A stretch of DNA of 64,000 nucleotides from Podarcis filfolensis (Eukaryota), in assembly GCA_964270895.1 (NCBI GenBank), contig OZ185439.1; one strand, written 5' to 3'. Positions 1-13,456 of this stretch are shown in pieces (within the stretch, counting starts at the first letter, position 1; every line of letters starts with the position of its first letter). The translations under genes were made by a program, and so were the position numbers. Below the pieces are notes generated by a model. It was not told the DNA's origin, ran no database searches, and was given only the letters and a program-made list of their open reading frames with translations.

Positions 1-988
1 TCATAAATTAATATTTTATTGGCCCAAACTGTAATTTAGAGATGCTATGCCAAATGTCAGATTTCATTTCAGTCAAAATGAACACCAGATTAACTTTAAA
101 AAGTAAAACAATATGTTTTATCTTCATTTTGGTGCAGATTTATGCTGCATCTGTACTCAAAATGCACATAATGGCTCCATAATTATTGTGAAATTTGCAA
201 AATGGATGAAAGCTATACAAATTTGCACTCATCAGTTTCCACTCTCCGCCACACACTGCTTTGGGCTATGGGGAGGGGAGTATATCATTTGTACTTTGAA
301 TTGTACAATAGTGCATAGATCAACTATAAAAGCTGGGAAAAGAACAAAGGGAAAGCACATCTGGGAAAACAGAGTAATTTAAAACAGCATCAAAGCACGA
401 AAGATATACAGGTTAGGAATTCAGGAAAGTAAATACCAAAATTACATGTTCTTTTTATTGGAAACCTTAAACTAAATTAATAAGTTTATGCCAAGATGCA
501 GTCTGTTCGCAAGTCAAGTCACTTCACAATAGATTTATTTGTGTAGCCTTATCATAATCTAGGCATGCAACTAAAATAAATTGCTCATTTAAACTGCTAG
601 TGTCAGCTACACCTATAGCTCTAATCTAAGAATTCCCTGAAATGTTGTTGCTTTTAATAAAATCTCACCTGCAGGACATTGACATTAAGCACCAGGTTGG
701 ACATTTCTACATACGACAGACTCACTCTGGGAATCTGCAGCCACATGACAACTGAATGTTAAGGGGTGCAGGCATGTCTTCACAGTTTTACTCATTTACA
801 GCATGGGACGTTGGAGTAGCTGCAACTATCAGGACTGCTGCATTAGCTGTTAAATTGGACCTTCCCCGGCAATGGTAGCTGCCTGCAAATGATGCATGAA
901 GTACCTTCTAACGTGTCTGCATGCCAGTAACCCCCAAAGTGCCACATTCATGGAAAATGCCTTTATAATTAGTTTAAATTGGGAAGTC

Positions 989-1200
989 CAGTCGTACCTT
1001 GGTTGTCGAACGGAATCCAATCCGGAAGTCTGTTTGACTTCCAAAAACATCTGACAACCAAGGCGCGGCTTCCGATTGGCTGCAGGAGCTTCCTGCACCC
1101 AATCAGAAGCTGCAGAAGCTGTGTTGAACGTTCGGCTTCCAAAGAACACTTGTAAACCGGAACACTCACTTCTGGGTTTGTGGCGTTCAGGAGCTAAAAC
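989..1200 (+). mobile_element. Truncated Tc1/mariner(pogo)-type MITE
   Basis: Starts cagtcgtaccttggttgtcgaa, similar to the TIR of the 44016 element; no right TIR found. Confidence 0.55.
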
Positions 1201-2434
1201 CACTTTAAACCTACTTTCTAGGAGACCAACCCCAAGGAATTCAGTCTGAGTAAACATTTGAGTTGCTGTATAATCTGGTACTGTAACTACCTAGTCACGT
1301 GGCCACAAGAATCTGCAACCATGCCCATTTTGCATTCTTCTGCACCCTCTTACTGAAGTATTTTCTAAAGTCAGAAGCCAACTCTTGAAGATGACAGGTT
1401 TAACTCTTGAAACTCGGGCATTCTACAATCAGTTGCTTACTTGAAGTAGAATTTACCCAAGGAGACTGGAGACCTGGCATACCACAAGGACAGGAAGAGA
1501 ATATCTGCCCTATGCAGATATTGTCTGTCTCTACAGAGTGGTATTCTGGGATGGTGCCATCTTGCCATTTGTCCACCTCATAGCCATGCACTGGACATCA
1601 CATTCAAACTGGGTCTAGATGTGTAAAGAACAGGGGGTTCTAATTTAATTACATTAGTGTGGTAATGTCAAATTTAGATTTGCACCAGGCACACAAAACT
1701 AGTGAGTGCTGAAGTTCAGTAATGTCTTGGTATACTCTGGGAGAGGTTCCGAAATAAGGAGGAACTAAAAGAAGTGTCTCAAATAATCAGGGGTCTTTGG
1801 GGCTCAGATATTTACTTTTTCCTGTCTATGTCGTCTGCCTGCTGTCAAGCTATATGCCTTTCCTCTCTCCCATCCACATATATGCCCCATAATCAAAATT
1901 ATTTGAAATAGCTTCCCTGAAGCTTGGCAGTAGAATAAATTATGCAAAGTAATTAAGAAAATGCAAATGTGCTCAGTTCACAAACCCAAAAGCTTCTTGG
2001 CAAGAAACTCACATTACTCTGACAAAGGCTGTACACAGCCATGATTACTTATTTGTCCACAGATATGGTGAGGTAGAGCAGAGCATATGGAGTTACCAGT
2101 GTAGTGAAAAGGTCATTGTCTGGGTTACACACAACTAAAATAGAACTCTTAACTACATTTCCAGTCTATACAAAAATAGCTTGACTGGATGTCTAGCAAC
2201 CCTAACTCACATTCTGCATATTTTAGACACCTCCCAATTAATCAGTTATTATTCTTACGCATGCTGTTTAGAAAAAACAACTACAAAAAGATTATCTGTT
2301 GTTGCTCTTGTTGCTATTTCAGCTTGTTGTGAATTAGTGCTTTCTGCTTATATTTGCTTCAGAGATACATTGCAATGACTTTCTAATGAGTTTTTCACTT
2401 TGGAAATAGAATTCTTTATTGTGCTGTAGAGAGC

Positions 2435-2545
2435 AGAGTGTTGAACCTGGACTGGAGAGGTCTGGGTTCAAATTCATGTTTCACTACTGGGTGGCCTTGG
2501 CAGGTCCCAGCCCATCAGCTTAACCTAATGCACAGGATACACTTC
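2435..2545 (+). mobile_element. MIR/Squam3-like SINE fragment
   Basis: gggttcaaattc B-box-like motif followed by tgggtggccttgg...taaccta; similar to 32745-32875. Confidence 0.5.
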
Positions 2546-2985
2546 CTCAAGTTCCTTGCAGGATGCATAAGACTTAACAGTGCTCTTCATACGTTACTGA
2601 TGTTTAGGAGGCAAGCTGATCAGGGTTCTCAATCACACAGGCAGCCTCCATATATAGAGAAAGCTCCCTGCTGCAGGCATTATCCTCAACACAAGGACCT
2701 CAAAGGTGGATGGAGGAGAAGCAATGTGACTCTTGTGACAGGGCTAAACAAATGGTCCAAGTCACTTTTCAACACACTTGAGCTCTGCACGTGAGTTATG
2801 CATAATGAGGGCTTGTTCATCTAGTATCAGTGGCCATGCGTTAAGAATAACAGCACTTTTACAGCATTCAAAGCACTCCACAACTCCACATTTATGTTCT
2901 CAGCAACTGTTATATGAGCCCTTCAAAGGAGGCTATCATTGCTATCTTTGTATCCAGGAGTCCACAGATTCATGTGCCATCTTGC

Positions 2986-3167
2986 TAAGAACGTATAAGA
3001 ACATAAGAAGCCGCCTGCTGGATCAGGCCAATGGCCCATCTAGTCCAGCATCCTGTTCTCACAGTGGTCACCCAGAGGTCTGTGGGAAACCCACAAGCAA
3101 GATTGGAGCACAAGAGCACCCCTCCTGTGGTTTCCCCCAACTGGTATTCAGAAGCATTACTGCCTCC
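2986..3167 (-). mobile_element. CR1-type LINE 3' end
   Basis: (taagaaca)n-like terminal repeat followed by ctgctggatcaggcc...ctagtccagcatcctg; same family as 18168-18385 and 41660-41785. Confidence 0.65.
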
Positions 3168-3903
3168 ATGATGGGGAGTCCCTGTCCAAATGCCTCTGCA
3201 TCTGAAGGACCACAGATGGGCGAATGAGAGACTGGGGAGGGGGCTACAGGCCACACTGTCCTGTAGTGTACTTGGGGGGGGGACACCTTAATTTAATTCA
3301 GTGTGTGGCCCATGGGTTCTGTGTTGAGAGGTCAGATTGCCCTGTTATAGTAAGACAATCCACACTTACCAGAAGCCTGGGTGTTTTGGAAAGGCTCAGA
3401 AACCACCCTGGACTTGAGAGTAGAACAGGGAATCCCCCAAATCTTGCAAGGAATCTCCAAGAAGCTGTGAAAGTGCAAGACATCTGGCAGCCATTTAAGC
3501 CCTTGCAAAGTCAGTGTGAGGCTAGGGGATTTCCCCATCCTTGTCCTCAGCCTGAAGCAGGGACTCTCCCAGACTATGAAAGCAGCAAGTTGCCTCACCG
3601 CTTTCCAAGCCTCTTTGAAGTTCAGCTTGGTATCACAGCCAACAGCATGCCATGCTCCCCCACATTTTGTAGTAAATAGGCCATTGAAGCTATACAATTT
3701 CTACCCATATGACATATGAAATGGTCTGAGGCCAAGAATAGCATGGCTATTCTGCCCTGACCACTGACCATACTGTCAGGGACAGATGGGAACTGCAGTC
3801 CAGCCACATCTGGAGGGCAGCGTGGTCCCGATTCCTGACCTAGGAAAGCGTGATCATGGCAGCAGCAAGATTTGTATTTGGCTCACAGCTTTCTTAATCA
3901 TTA

Positions 3904-4158
3904 TAAAGGTAAAGGTACCCCGGCCGTGCGGGCCAGTCGTGTCCGACTCTAGGGTTGTGCGCCCATCTCACTTAAGAGGCCAGGGGCCAGCGCTGTCCGG
4001 AGACACTTCCGGGTCACGTGGCCAGCGTGACAAAGCTGCATCTGGCAAGCCAGCGCAGCACACGGAAACGCCGTTTACCTTCCCGCCAGTAAGCGGTCCC
4101 TAATTGCACCCGGGGGTGCTTTCGAACTGCTAGGTTGGCAGGCGCTGGGACCGAGCAG
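3904..4158 (-). mobile_element. Sauria SINE, 5'-truncated, divergent subfamily
   Basis: aaaggtaaaggta tail (reverse complement of ACCTTT repeats) plus body motifs gccgtttaccttcccgcc and ttcgaactgctaggttggcag. Confidence 0.88.
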
Positions 4159-4929
4159 CATTGCTAAAAATAGTACGTTCTGCTTGGAACAGACTAGAGC
4201 CTGTGGGTTGCTACCTTCATGATCAGATTGTGCTCAGTGCCACCTAGGCAAAAGTGGAGCAGTTGTGGCAAAAAGTATCATATTGGTTCTGATGAGCACG
4301 TTACCTTTAGGCTTTGAAACCTCATGTTACACCAGAAGGCAAAAGAATATCTTAAATGTGACCCTTTAAAAATATATCACGTGATTTGATGGAAATCTTT
4401 ACATTTAAGCACTGATGGTGATGATGGCGATGGTGCAAATATATGGTATTAAAAGATCAAACCGACCTCCATATGTTTATTAAATGTGTGTTTGCTAGTT
4501 CAGTTATAAAACAGGAACTTTTAACACTATGCAAACTATTAATATTAATCAGAACAATTGAGATCTGAATAACACCTGGGGTCACACACACACACCCTCT
4601 GCTCCTCTGCTTTAAGACATCCCCACACCCCTTTGCTGGACCATGCTCACTTTTGATTTTTGACCAAGCTGGGGGTGGCGGCGGGGGAAACCATCTTAAA
4701 AGCAGTGGCATGTGGAAAGGGAAATATTTCATTCCATCCCTAGTATGCTTGTTGTTTTGACAGAAGAGCAATTGCATGTTTAAGAAGCACAGATGCCTCT
4801 CATTTAGCTCCAAGTGATCTGTTAGTTTGTGAAGTTCATTGTAGATATAGAAAATGAGGGGTATATTCGTTCCTGCCCATTATGCCTAGTTAGTTACTGG
4901 TCATCACATTACCAGTGTTTTTTTACATT

Positions 4930-5045
4930 TATATCCTACCTTTTCTCCAAGGATTTCAAAATTATCTACATGGCTGTTCTCACCCTGAGCTGCTTTTTAT
5001 CCACACAAGAATTCTGTGAGGCCAGTTTGACAGAGAGATCATGCC
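4930..5045 (-). mobile_element. MIR/Squam3-like SINE fragment
   Basis: ccttttctccaagga...tttatccacacaagaattctgtgagg, similar to 47920-48015. Confidence 0.4.
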
Positions 5046-5750
5046 ATGCTAGCTAGGCTTTGCTTGTCTACAAGTATCTTCAGCAAGGTGAATTCTGTTC
5101 ACTTACTCCTTCCAATTATATAGCACATTATACCCCAGCAACCAGAGTCTAGTTGATATGGGAAAACCCATAAGATATGATTGTCTATGGAGTAAGTCAG
5201 GATTCATCAAAGCGTTGAACTGAATAAAAGATCTCCAGTTACTTCCCAGCCCTTCCGTCCAAAGATTTTATAATGCAGGAAGTTATAAAAAAAAGGATAC
5301 AGCTAAAAATCAGATGGCTATCAGGCTCTCTCTCCCCCACCCCACCCCTTTCTCATATTAAAAAGAACACTTTCTGGAATCTATTAATTGTTCTCTCAAA
5401 ATTACTTCTGGGGTCTTTTAGAAGTCTCAAGGGGGCATGTTAAAAAACTGGAGGAAGGCATAAATAACAGCACTGAAAACCGAAGAAAGCAAATCAGCAC
5501 ATCATAGAAATGCCAATGTTGTGGAAACACTTCCTCTCATAAGAACAATGTCCTGAATACACACAGTTTGGTAGGAAATGAGGAAGCAGGGCAGTACAAC
5601 ATACAAAGGGCAAAACAGTCTCCAATTGTGATCCACACAATGCAGTTTTTGGCCTGTCACACAAGACCTTCAGTCATGTTCGTCTTAATATTCTTCTCAG
5701 GCTACAGATCTCACATAACCTATTAGCTTCAAGAGATACCCTTGTAACAC

Positions 5751-5858
5751 AAGCCTTCCCAGACTGGTGCCCACCAGATACTGCTAACTACAACCAGTAT
5801 GGCCAGTGGCAAAGGATAATGGGAGTTATAGTCTAGGGCATCACATTGGGGAAGGCTG
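5751..5858. mobile_element. hAT-type MITE (family of 16068-16203)
   Basis: Ends agccttccc / gggaaggct and the shared internal ggatratgggagttgtagtc motif. Confidence 0.6.
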
Positions 5859-6681
5859 CTGCCTCTAGTGGCTTGATGATCTGTATATTTTGAAACCCAT
5901 CATTCCCAACAGACATGATCCATCCAATTTGAAACTTCAAACTCCACAGCTGCAGTGGAGAAGAATAGGGCAATATCTTGTCATTGTGCTCAGAACCTCT
6001 CCTAATGGTAAGTAACCAAGAGCTAATGGAAAATTAATAGGCCAAAATAGCACATTGGAACTGGCTAGCCAACTGATGGACAATTGTTAGATGCTTCCCC
6101 ATGTGTAAAAAGGCATCCTTTAGCATGTAGAAGAACACAAGCATATCAGAGAGAAGGGCTATAAATTACCCTTCTTCCTGGCATGCTCACAGTTCATGTG
6201 AAGTAGGTTTTTATTCGCAAAAAAACCAAGGGAAGGTGGACAAGAAATCCACTAGTGAATAGAATACTGGCTGTAATGCGGAAACACTGAGCCGGTCCAA
6301 GTTGTGACTCATTTCTTTCTTCTTTACATCTATTTACCACAAACCTGGTATCTTTGTTACTGCCTCTGCCACTTCCTCACCGATCCACAGCACAGCTGGG
6401 AGGGCAGAAGGACTTGCCTCAACAGGCTGGTGAGCAGCCTTTCAGGGATACAGAATTCCATGAGTGGCCAGACACATTCCAACCCAAGAACTGGTCAGAG
6501 GCAAGAGGAGAAAGCACAAGTCAATATATCTCCCTGTTTGCAAAGCCATTTCTTCAGCTTCTGCTTCTGTGCTACAGCAGCACTTGCCAACCTGGTCCCC
6601 TAACAGTTGACAGTTCTGGGCTACAAGTGTGCTGGCTGAGGCTGCAGTTGTAGTCAAAAACATCTGGAAGACAGTGTGCTA

Positions 6682-7034
6682 AAGGTAAAGGGACCCCTGA
6701 CCATTAGGTCCAGTCGTGACCGACACTGGGGTTGCAGCGCTCATCTCACTTTATTGGCCGAGGGAGCCGGCGTATAGCTTCCGGGTCCTGTGGCCAGCAT
6801 GACTAAGCCGCTTCTGGCGAACCAGAGCAGTGCACGGAAACGCTGTTTACCTTCTCGCCAGAGCGGTACCTATTTATCCACTTGCACTTTGAAGTACTTT
6901 CAAACTGCTAGGTTGGCAGGAGCAGGGACTGAGCAACAGGAACTCACCCCGTCGTGGGGATTCGAACCACCGACCTTCTGATCGGCAAGTCCTAGGCTCC
7001 GTGGTTTAACTCACAGTGCCACCCGTGTCCCTTT
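6682..7034 (-). mobile_element. Full-length Sauria SINE with 13-bp target-site duplication
   Basis: tRNA-like head with GGTTCGAATCC B box, body and ACCTTT tail; AGACAGTGTGCTA present at both 6669-6681 and 7035-7047. Confidence 0.93.
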
Positions 7035-7449
7035 AGACAGTGTGCTAGAGGGTGGCAAAGAATCAGTATGTTGCAAACTGATTACACCTTACAGAAGCAG
7101 GACAGCAAAACTTCCATCGTTGCAACTGAACAGGGTCATCATTATGACCTACAAAGTGTGTGCTATAGGATCTTTGTCTTTTAAGAGGGTGGTGGAGGGA
7201 GGGTGGGTGGAGGGCATCGGCTACTGTATATAGATTATACTCACTAGCTAAAAATGTCACATCCACAAAAGTTTCAGAACAAGAAAAGAAATCCAATAAT
7301 TCTCGTGCACTCAAATCCCTTGTTGTTCAAAATCACCTGGTGAATGCAAACAAGATAGAGTAGTCATGCCCTACACAGAATTAAAAATCAATAAGCTGCC
7401 GTGTCCATGAAAACAAGCATATCGATTCCATAGACAAGGCTGTAGCAGG

Positions 7450-7715
7450 ACATTTTGCTACCTGAGGCAAAGGTCAAGACAGTACTCCCGCTCCCATTCC
7501 ATGTGCAGATAACGACCAGGATAGCAGCTGAAACTTGTTTTCAAAACCAGGGGCAGAACAGCATCCTTCACCACACCTGAGGGCAGCAGGATGTCGCACA
7601 GGGCACAGCGAAGATTGCGTGGCACATACAGATTCTGTCCTCCAACACTTCCCTGCCAGTCAGCATCCGCTGCCTGAGGCAGCCGCCCCACTCTGCCATA
7701 CGGCAGGCAGGCCCA
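7450..7715. mobile_element. Probable non-autonomous hAT-like element fragment
   Basis: Internally repeated gctrcctgaggca motifs; end ...ggcaggcaggcccag resembles the end of 24540-24697. Confidence 0.4.
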
Positions 7716-7926
7716 GTCCACATGCAACAGTCATCCAAGAAGTGGCCTTATACATCTCTGTGCGTTTGTTTGAAGACAGTTAAAATACATGCTCTTTGAG
7801 AACACAGCAAGAACCTCATAAATCTACTCATCTGCCTGTTCCATTAATACTATCGAGGTTTAAAGCTAGGGTCTCTAGGACAAGTGGTTTCACTACAAGT
7901 ACTTAAGTCCTGGATAGAGAAGGGAA

Positions 7927-8005
7927 GCTTCCAGCTTACTTGCAAGATACAGTGTTCAAGAGCTGCTTCCAGCTTACTTGCAAGATACAGTGTTCAAGAG
8001 CTGCT
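7927..8005. repeat. Perfect 38-bp tandem duplication
   Basis: gcttccagcttacttgcaagatacagtgttcaagagct occurs twice with no mismatch. Confidence 0.95.
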
Positions 8006-9503
8006 AGGTATGACTAAGGGTGCATTCAGACATGGGAATTATTGAACTGATTCTCCTAACTATAGGGCTAGGGCTTCTATCCAGGATTCTAATGTTCCTT
8101 TTATACTGCATTGCCAGTTCTGCTATGGAGCTGTGGCTGTTTGACCGATACACCACCGTGTTGTGCTAAATTTTAAATGTTGGGAAAGAACGGTATGCTG
8201 GAATACCATCTGAAAGGTCATCACGTGAAATTACAAGGCAAAGCTCCAACGACTTTCGGAGTTAATGGGGTTGCAAACAAATTTCTTCTGGAAGCAAATT
8301 AACACAGACATGAGTGCTGAACTTCCACTAGATTCCGCTAGTTTGCCAGAAGTGGCTTTGACATCGTGTGAAAGATCACTTAAAACGTGGAAATTATCAG
8401 CTAAGGAAGCATTGTGAAAATGGAACAAAGTTCTGTCTGGATGCAGCCTCCAATGCACTTGTCATTAATTTACATGTTGCAGGATTTCAAAACACATTCC
8501 AAGGCTGAGTCCAAGTGAGCCTCAGTCCAAGTCCAAATTAAGCTCCGCCTGTTACAGTTACATCACAGGTTGCTCCCTCCACTCACAATGCAATCTGATA
8601 TAAATAGCAAGTCCCACTGAGCTCAGTCAGGCTTACTCCGAGGCAAGTGGGTACAGGGTTTAAGCCTTATTATCTCCCCTCCCACTTCCCAGTGTGCCTT
8701 AAACCAGGAAAGGATCCTAACCAAAAAAGAAAGAAAAAAAGACCCTTTGAATCCAAACTCTAGGAAGTACAGTTTCTCAGATTCTATGCATGTCTCTTAC
8801 AGCCCCCAAACTCCCTTGTTCAACACTACATAAGAAGCCCCTCCAAAAGGAAGTATGGCTTCCTGTTTCAGTGTTTGTTGAAATCACCCCCAATAACCTG
8901 GGAGTTTTTCAGTGTTCCCCATGAAGTACAGTAACAAATGCTTGCACTGGGGTGGGAGGGAGTAGGAAGGGGAAATTTTGCTGCTAGATCCTTTAAGCTA
9001 CAAGTTAAATGACTCTAGTGTTGCCCTACACTAAATTTTAAGGCCACAAAACCTACACTAGTCATCTTCTGAAGGAAGAACACATATAAGACACAATTGG
9101 TAGACGGCCTCTGGTAAGCATCAATTTTTAAAAATCTGACCTAGATAAATTAACTTTATGCAGCATAAGTAGCCTGATATGTTTGCTTCATGGGAATCAC
9201 AGTCCGATCCCATAAGATCGGAATATTTGCCTTTAGGCAGGATTGTTTGTAATTGGATAGTATTATTATGCTGCCATATCCCAAACCATCATCAGATGTG
9301 CTTTCGGTGGAATCCTGCCCACAAAGGCAAGAGGTCAGGGGTGGGGGGAGGGAATCTATTTCTGTAGACACTGACCCTTCATGTTTAGAATATTAGATCA
9401 AACACTCACAGTTTTCCCATGATGCTGATACTCAGCAGACCTTTTCTTTCCACTGCTAAACTTTCATTGTTATATTTATAGCCTGTGGCTCCTTAGAAGA
9501 CAT

Positions 9504-9594
9504 GCAACCCAATCCTATGCATATTTACTTGGAAGCAAGTCCTGTAAGTATTCAGTGAGGCTTACTCTCTGGTAAGTGTGCATAGAATTGCTGC
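9504..9594. repeat. About 90-bp imperfect palindromic interspersed repeat, class uncertain
   Basis: caatcctatgca...tgcatagaattg; related copies at 14211-14303, 16984-17051, 17890-17975, 48255-48310, 56755-56838 and 57296-57375. Confidence 0.7.
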
Positions 9595-12439
9595 CTCAAG
9601 GCAGTTTACATGGGCCACCTAAGCACTGACCAGATTTGCACCCGCTTAGCCTCAACAGGTGTTCCCAATTCAGAAATATTATTTGACATATTCAAAACCC
9701 GACTCTCCACCTTGCAAGGCCCTTAAGGATGCTTACAATCCAAAAACAGCACCTCCTGGATTTCTGCATGGGTTGGATCATGGTTTTCTTTGGAATCCAA
9801 GACCCATAATGAATACTACGAGGTGGTCTAAGGGCTTTGTTGAAAATCCCCCCCTTTAAAAACAGCTACAGGGTTCGGCTCCTGCTGTGAGGTTTGAAAA
9901 CAAGGGCTAAGAATGCCTTAAGAACAATGTCATGTGCTGCTGCTCTCAGGGAGATTGTACAGGGTGGGGTGGAATACAGCTGTCCCTGCGGATCCAGTAG
10001 CAGAAAAGCATGGCTTCCCCCACAATACAATATCCCAGAGAGAAACAACACATCAGCACACACAATTGGTCCCAGGTGCATTTACAGTCCCATTTTTGAG
10101 CTGCACTGTCGTAGCTGCTCCAGGTGGCTGCTATCTGTTTTTAACAACAAAAGTTTTATGTGGACCACTTCAGTGAGCGAACAGCTAAGTTTATACATTG
10201 CAGGGTTCTTGTTTAAGTCCACACTTTACTGTATCAACAGAATGAAGCAGACTTTAAAACACATACACACAGAAGTGGCACAGGGTGATTTGGGACTGAT
10301 CCATGCCTAGTCCCCAGTCATCAGCTTCATAACCATTTTAATCAGACAGGTTTAGAGGGAAGAAGGCATTCCTTCATTTTAGCCATGTACACACTGTAAA
10401 CTTTGTGGAAGCAATTCACAATGCCTGAATAAGCAGGTCATCTGGAGCATCCCTGTTTTGTGGATGGTAATGAGATCCACTGGACAAATTGTTCCCTTTA
10501 ATCCTGCTCCTCTACATGAGTTATTATGTGGACAAACAGACCCAAACAGTTCAATACAGATTCAATAACCAAAGAGTCTCAAGACAAGCACACATAAGCA
10601 GCCAACAAACTTAACTGCAACAAATAACTAACCATATTGTGCACAGAAGGCTGAATGGACTGGACCAGTGTTTTGTGCATGAATTATAAGCCCAAGGAGC
10701 AGTTACTCAAGTAATTTGCACACAAAATGATTATAATGCCATTAGAGTTCCTTAATCTGACAGCTTTACTTAACTAACTGGTCTCGTCAGTATACCCATT
10801 GTATGACAGATAATTCAGCATTCCAAACTAGGCAAATAAAATGCCAGTTGCATGAGCAATTTTAGATGCTTGATATGAATCACCTTGCTTCCTCCTTAGG
10901 GAAGAGCACGCCCTTGTTTTGCCTTCTTTTCCAGCACACTTACTTCCAAGATCCCAGGTGTTGCCCCAACTCCTCACCTTCTCCACAAGGCACATTTTTG
11001 TTTCATCTTTTCAACCTAGACATTTTCACAAGCAGAATTTACATACTCTCCAACAGAGGTAGGCTCAGTGAAATGGTATTCACTGATTTCTGTGGAGAAC
11101 AGGCTGATCTTAGCTGAAGGAGACTCAGATTCAGATCTCTGTTCAGTCCTGTAGCTTTTTAGCTGATATTGGACAAGTCAGTATATATAAAACAGTAAGC
11201 TTAAGCAACAAAACTGAATATATATTGCTAGGACTACATGGCCTGTTTAATTTACTACACTGCCCCATATTATGGGAAATGGCAAGGAGGTGCATTGAGT
11301 GTAGTACGGAGATCATGGACACTGCTGCCAAATGTGGCCTCTCTGAACCATCACTAGGGGCAGAGACGTCATTCACATGCTGGGGCTTAGTGGGTTCCCT
11401 GAAAGACTGACCAGATACCACACAAAATGCAAGGTGGTTTGGCTCACTGGTCCCATGAGAGGGCATGGTCTGGATGCATCTATTTGTGGCTCCATCCAAG
11501 AGCTGGATGTGGCTTGTCACAAACCAGTAAAAGCTTTTATCTGCAGATACCATCTCAACATATTTCGTTGCACAGTTGTGCTTATCACTATCGCTCTGAA
11601 AGATCTCTTGCAAAAAAGGTACCGAGCCTCTCTTTTTACAAAGCAGTTGTGCCGTCTCAAAGAACTTAGCCCAAGCAGGACATGCATGCACATGAATAGC
11701 CTTCAGGGTTGTAGCTTAAGGACTTGCATCCATTGGAAAGTCACACAGGGACTGGTTCAGATGCTTGAAATTCCTCCATGTGAAATGCCCACATAGGCAC
11801 AGCTGCATTAAGGAAGTTAGCATCCGTTCTGGTACAGCCACGATTTACAGTGCTTTCTGAGGATAATAGATGCAAGCACTGCAGCTGGAAAACACACTGC
11901 TTTACTCATGTGGCTAGTGGTATGTGCACCCAGGATGCAATAAGGCAGATGCTACCTCTTCTCTGCATTCAAGGCTATTTTCCATGCATCTGAACCAGCC
12001 CAGTGACATACATTATAACAGGCTGGACAGTTGAACATCTATACAAACACTTACTTCAGTTAAAGACTTTTTACTTTCCCTGACCTATCACAAAATGATT
12101 ACTCTTATTCCACAGCAATATCCACAGCTTCTAGTTAGAAATTCACAACTTAATGGTGGTCCCATGACAGTGTGCCTGTCTGGGCCAATCAGCAGGCCAC
12201 CCTCATGACTCACGGGGATGCAGAACATGCATTAATAGAAACAAGGGTGCCACAGTTGCCTCGGCCGTGAAGTGATAGCAGGGGCAAGCTGAGAGCACTA
12301 GGACAAAGAGGTGTGGCTTTCTTCATGCCATGATGGATACACCTCCTCTACTGCCAGGAAGCCTGGATTCTGGGAATGTGGCTTCTGCCATGCCTATGGC
12401 TGACATGAAGAGGATCAGCCCTAAAGCACTCTTGATGGC

Positions 12440-12565
12440 GCACCTGTGCTTAAAGCCATCTAAATTGGGGACATCACTACATCCCATGGGAGTGAATTCT
12501 ATAGTTTAACTGTACACTGCATGAAGAACTTTCTTTTGTCTGTTCTGAATCTTCCAGCATTCATT
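12440..12565 (-). mobile_element. CR1-type LINE internal 3' fragment
   Basis: taaagccatctaaattgg...catcactacatcccatgggagtgaattc; overlaps in sequence with 18350-18385. Confidence 0.5.
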
Positions 12566-13456
12566 CAAAGAGAGATGAGGGCAAAAGAAAGCTCAGGCAC
12601 AACTTAATGCTTTACCACCCACATCTGATGCTACAGCTAAGGTAGCACAGGTACAGGGCAGGTGCCCCTCCCTGTCACATTTATCATGCCAAATCCTGTG
12701 TAGATAAGCCTTAAGATCTTGTCTAGTCAATGATTAGTTGTTCTGTCTTGTTATGAAGTCGGTTGCAAGTTAGCTAACCTGTTTACAGACACTAGGTTAG
12801 AATCCAGTCTAGCAAGCTATAATAAACATTCATTTTCATGAAACAAATGTTGGTTGAATGTCTAGACTCACCTTGAGATTGTCAGTTAATTCATTTTAAT
12901 TGGGATATCATGATCCAGCAAGGGAAGTCTGCATTGGGTCATCCATACACAGTCAAGTACCTTGCATTCAGCATCTAGGGTTGCACAAACACCCGGGGGA
13001 TCATTTAAGTCTACAGGTGCAACTTTGAACAGGCAATCAGCATCATCAGGTGTGAGAGTACTGTAGTTATATCTTATTTAAAGAGCTACAAATCCAGTTT
13101 CCTTTCCCCTCTTCCCTTTAAAAGGTAGTAAGTACTGCCAAAGCTGGTTGTGTCAATTATATATTTAGTACGTACATAAAGATCCCTGAAAGAAGCCTGT
13201 AGCTATAGGCAAAGGCAAGCCTTTGAGTCTGGAAATCCTGGGGATTTCTCTGCATGGAGGAGGGAGGGAAAGATCACTGTCTTTTGCTTTCCCTGGCCTG
13301 ACCATCACATCTTCTTCATGTGTGTTGGGGGGAGGGGGAGGGAACTGGTTGCTGCATTGTGCCTGCCCACCAAAATACCCCACCTAGGTGGCTGCCCTAC
13401 CTAACAAGGCTAGCTGCACAAAGTGTCACTCATTCATCTGTTCCAAGGTAGAGAGA

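Noticed and set aside
850-1257. 135-aa and 66-aa minus-strand ORFs
   Set aside because: They overlap the MITE at 989-1200 and show no recognisable protein similarity.
1400-1591. Exon-like ORF HGYEVDKWQDG... with a gtaaat donor
   Set aside because: Weak acceptor, no resemblance to AFAP1L2, and it would change phase.
11143-11796. Overlapping 182-aa and 139-aa ORFs
   Set aside because: No recognisable domain or splice context; consistent with chance ORFs in intronic DNA.
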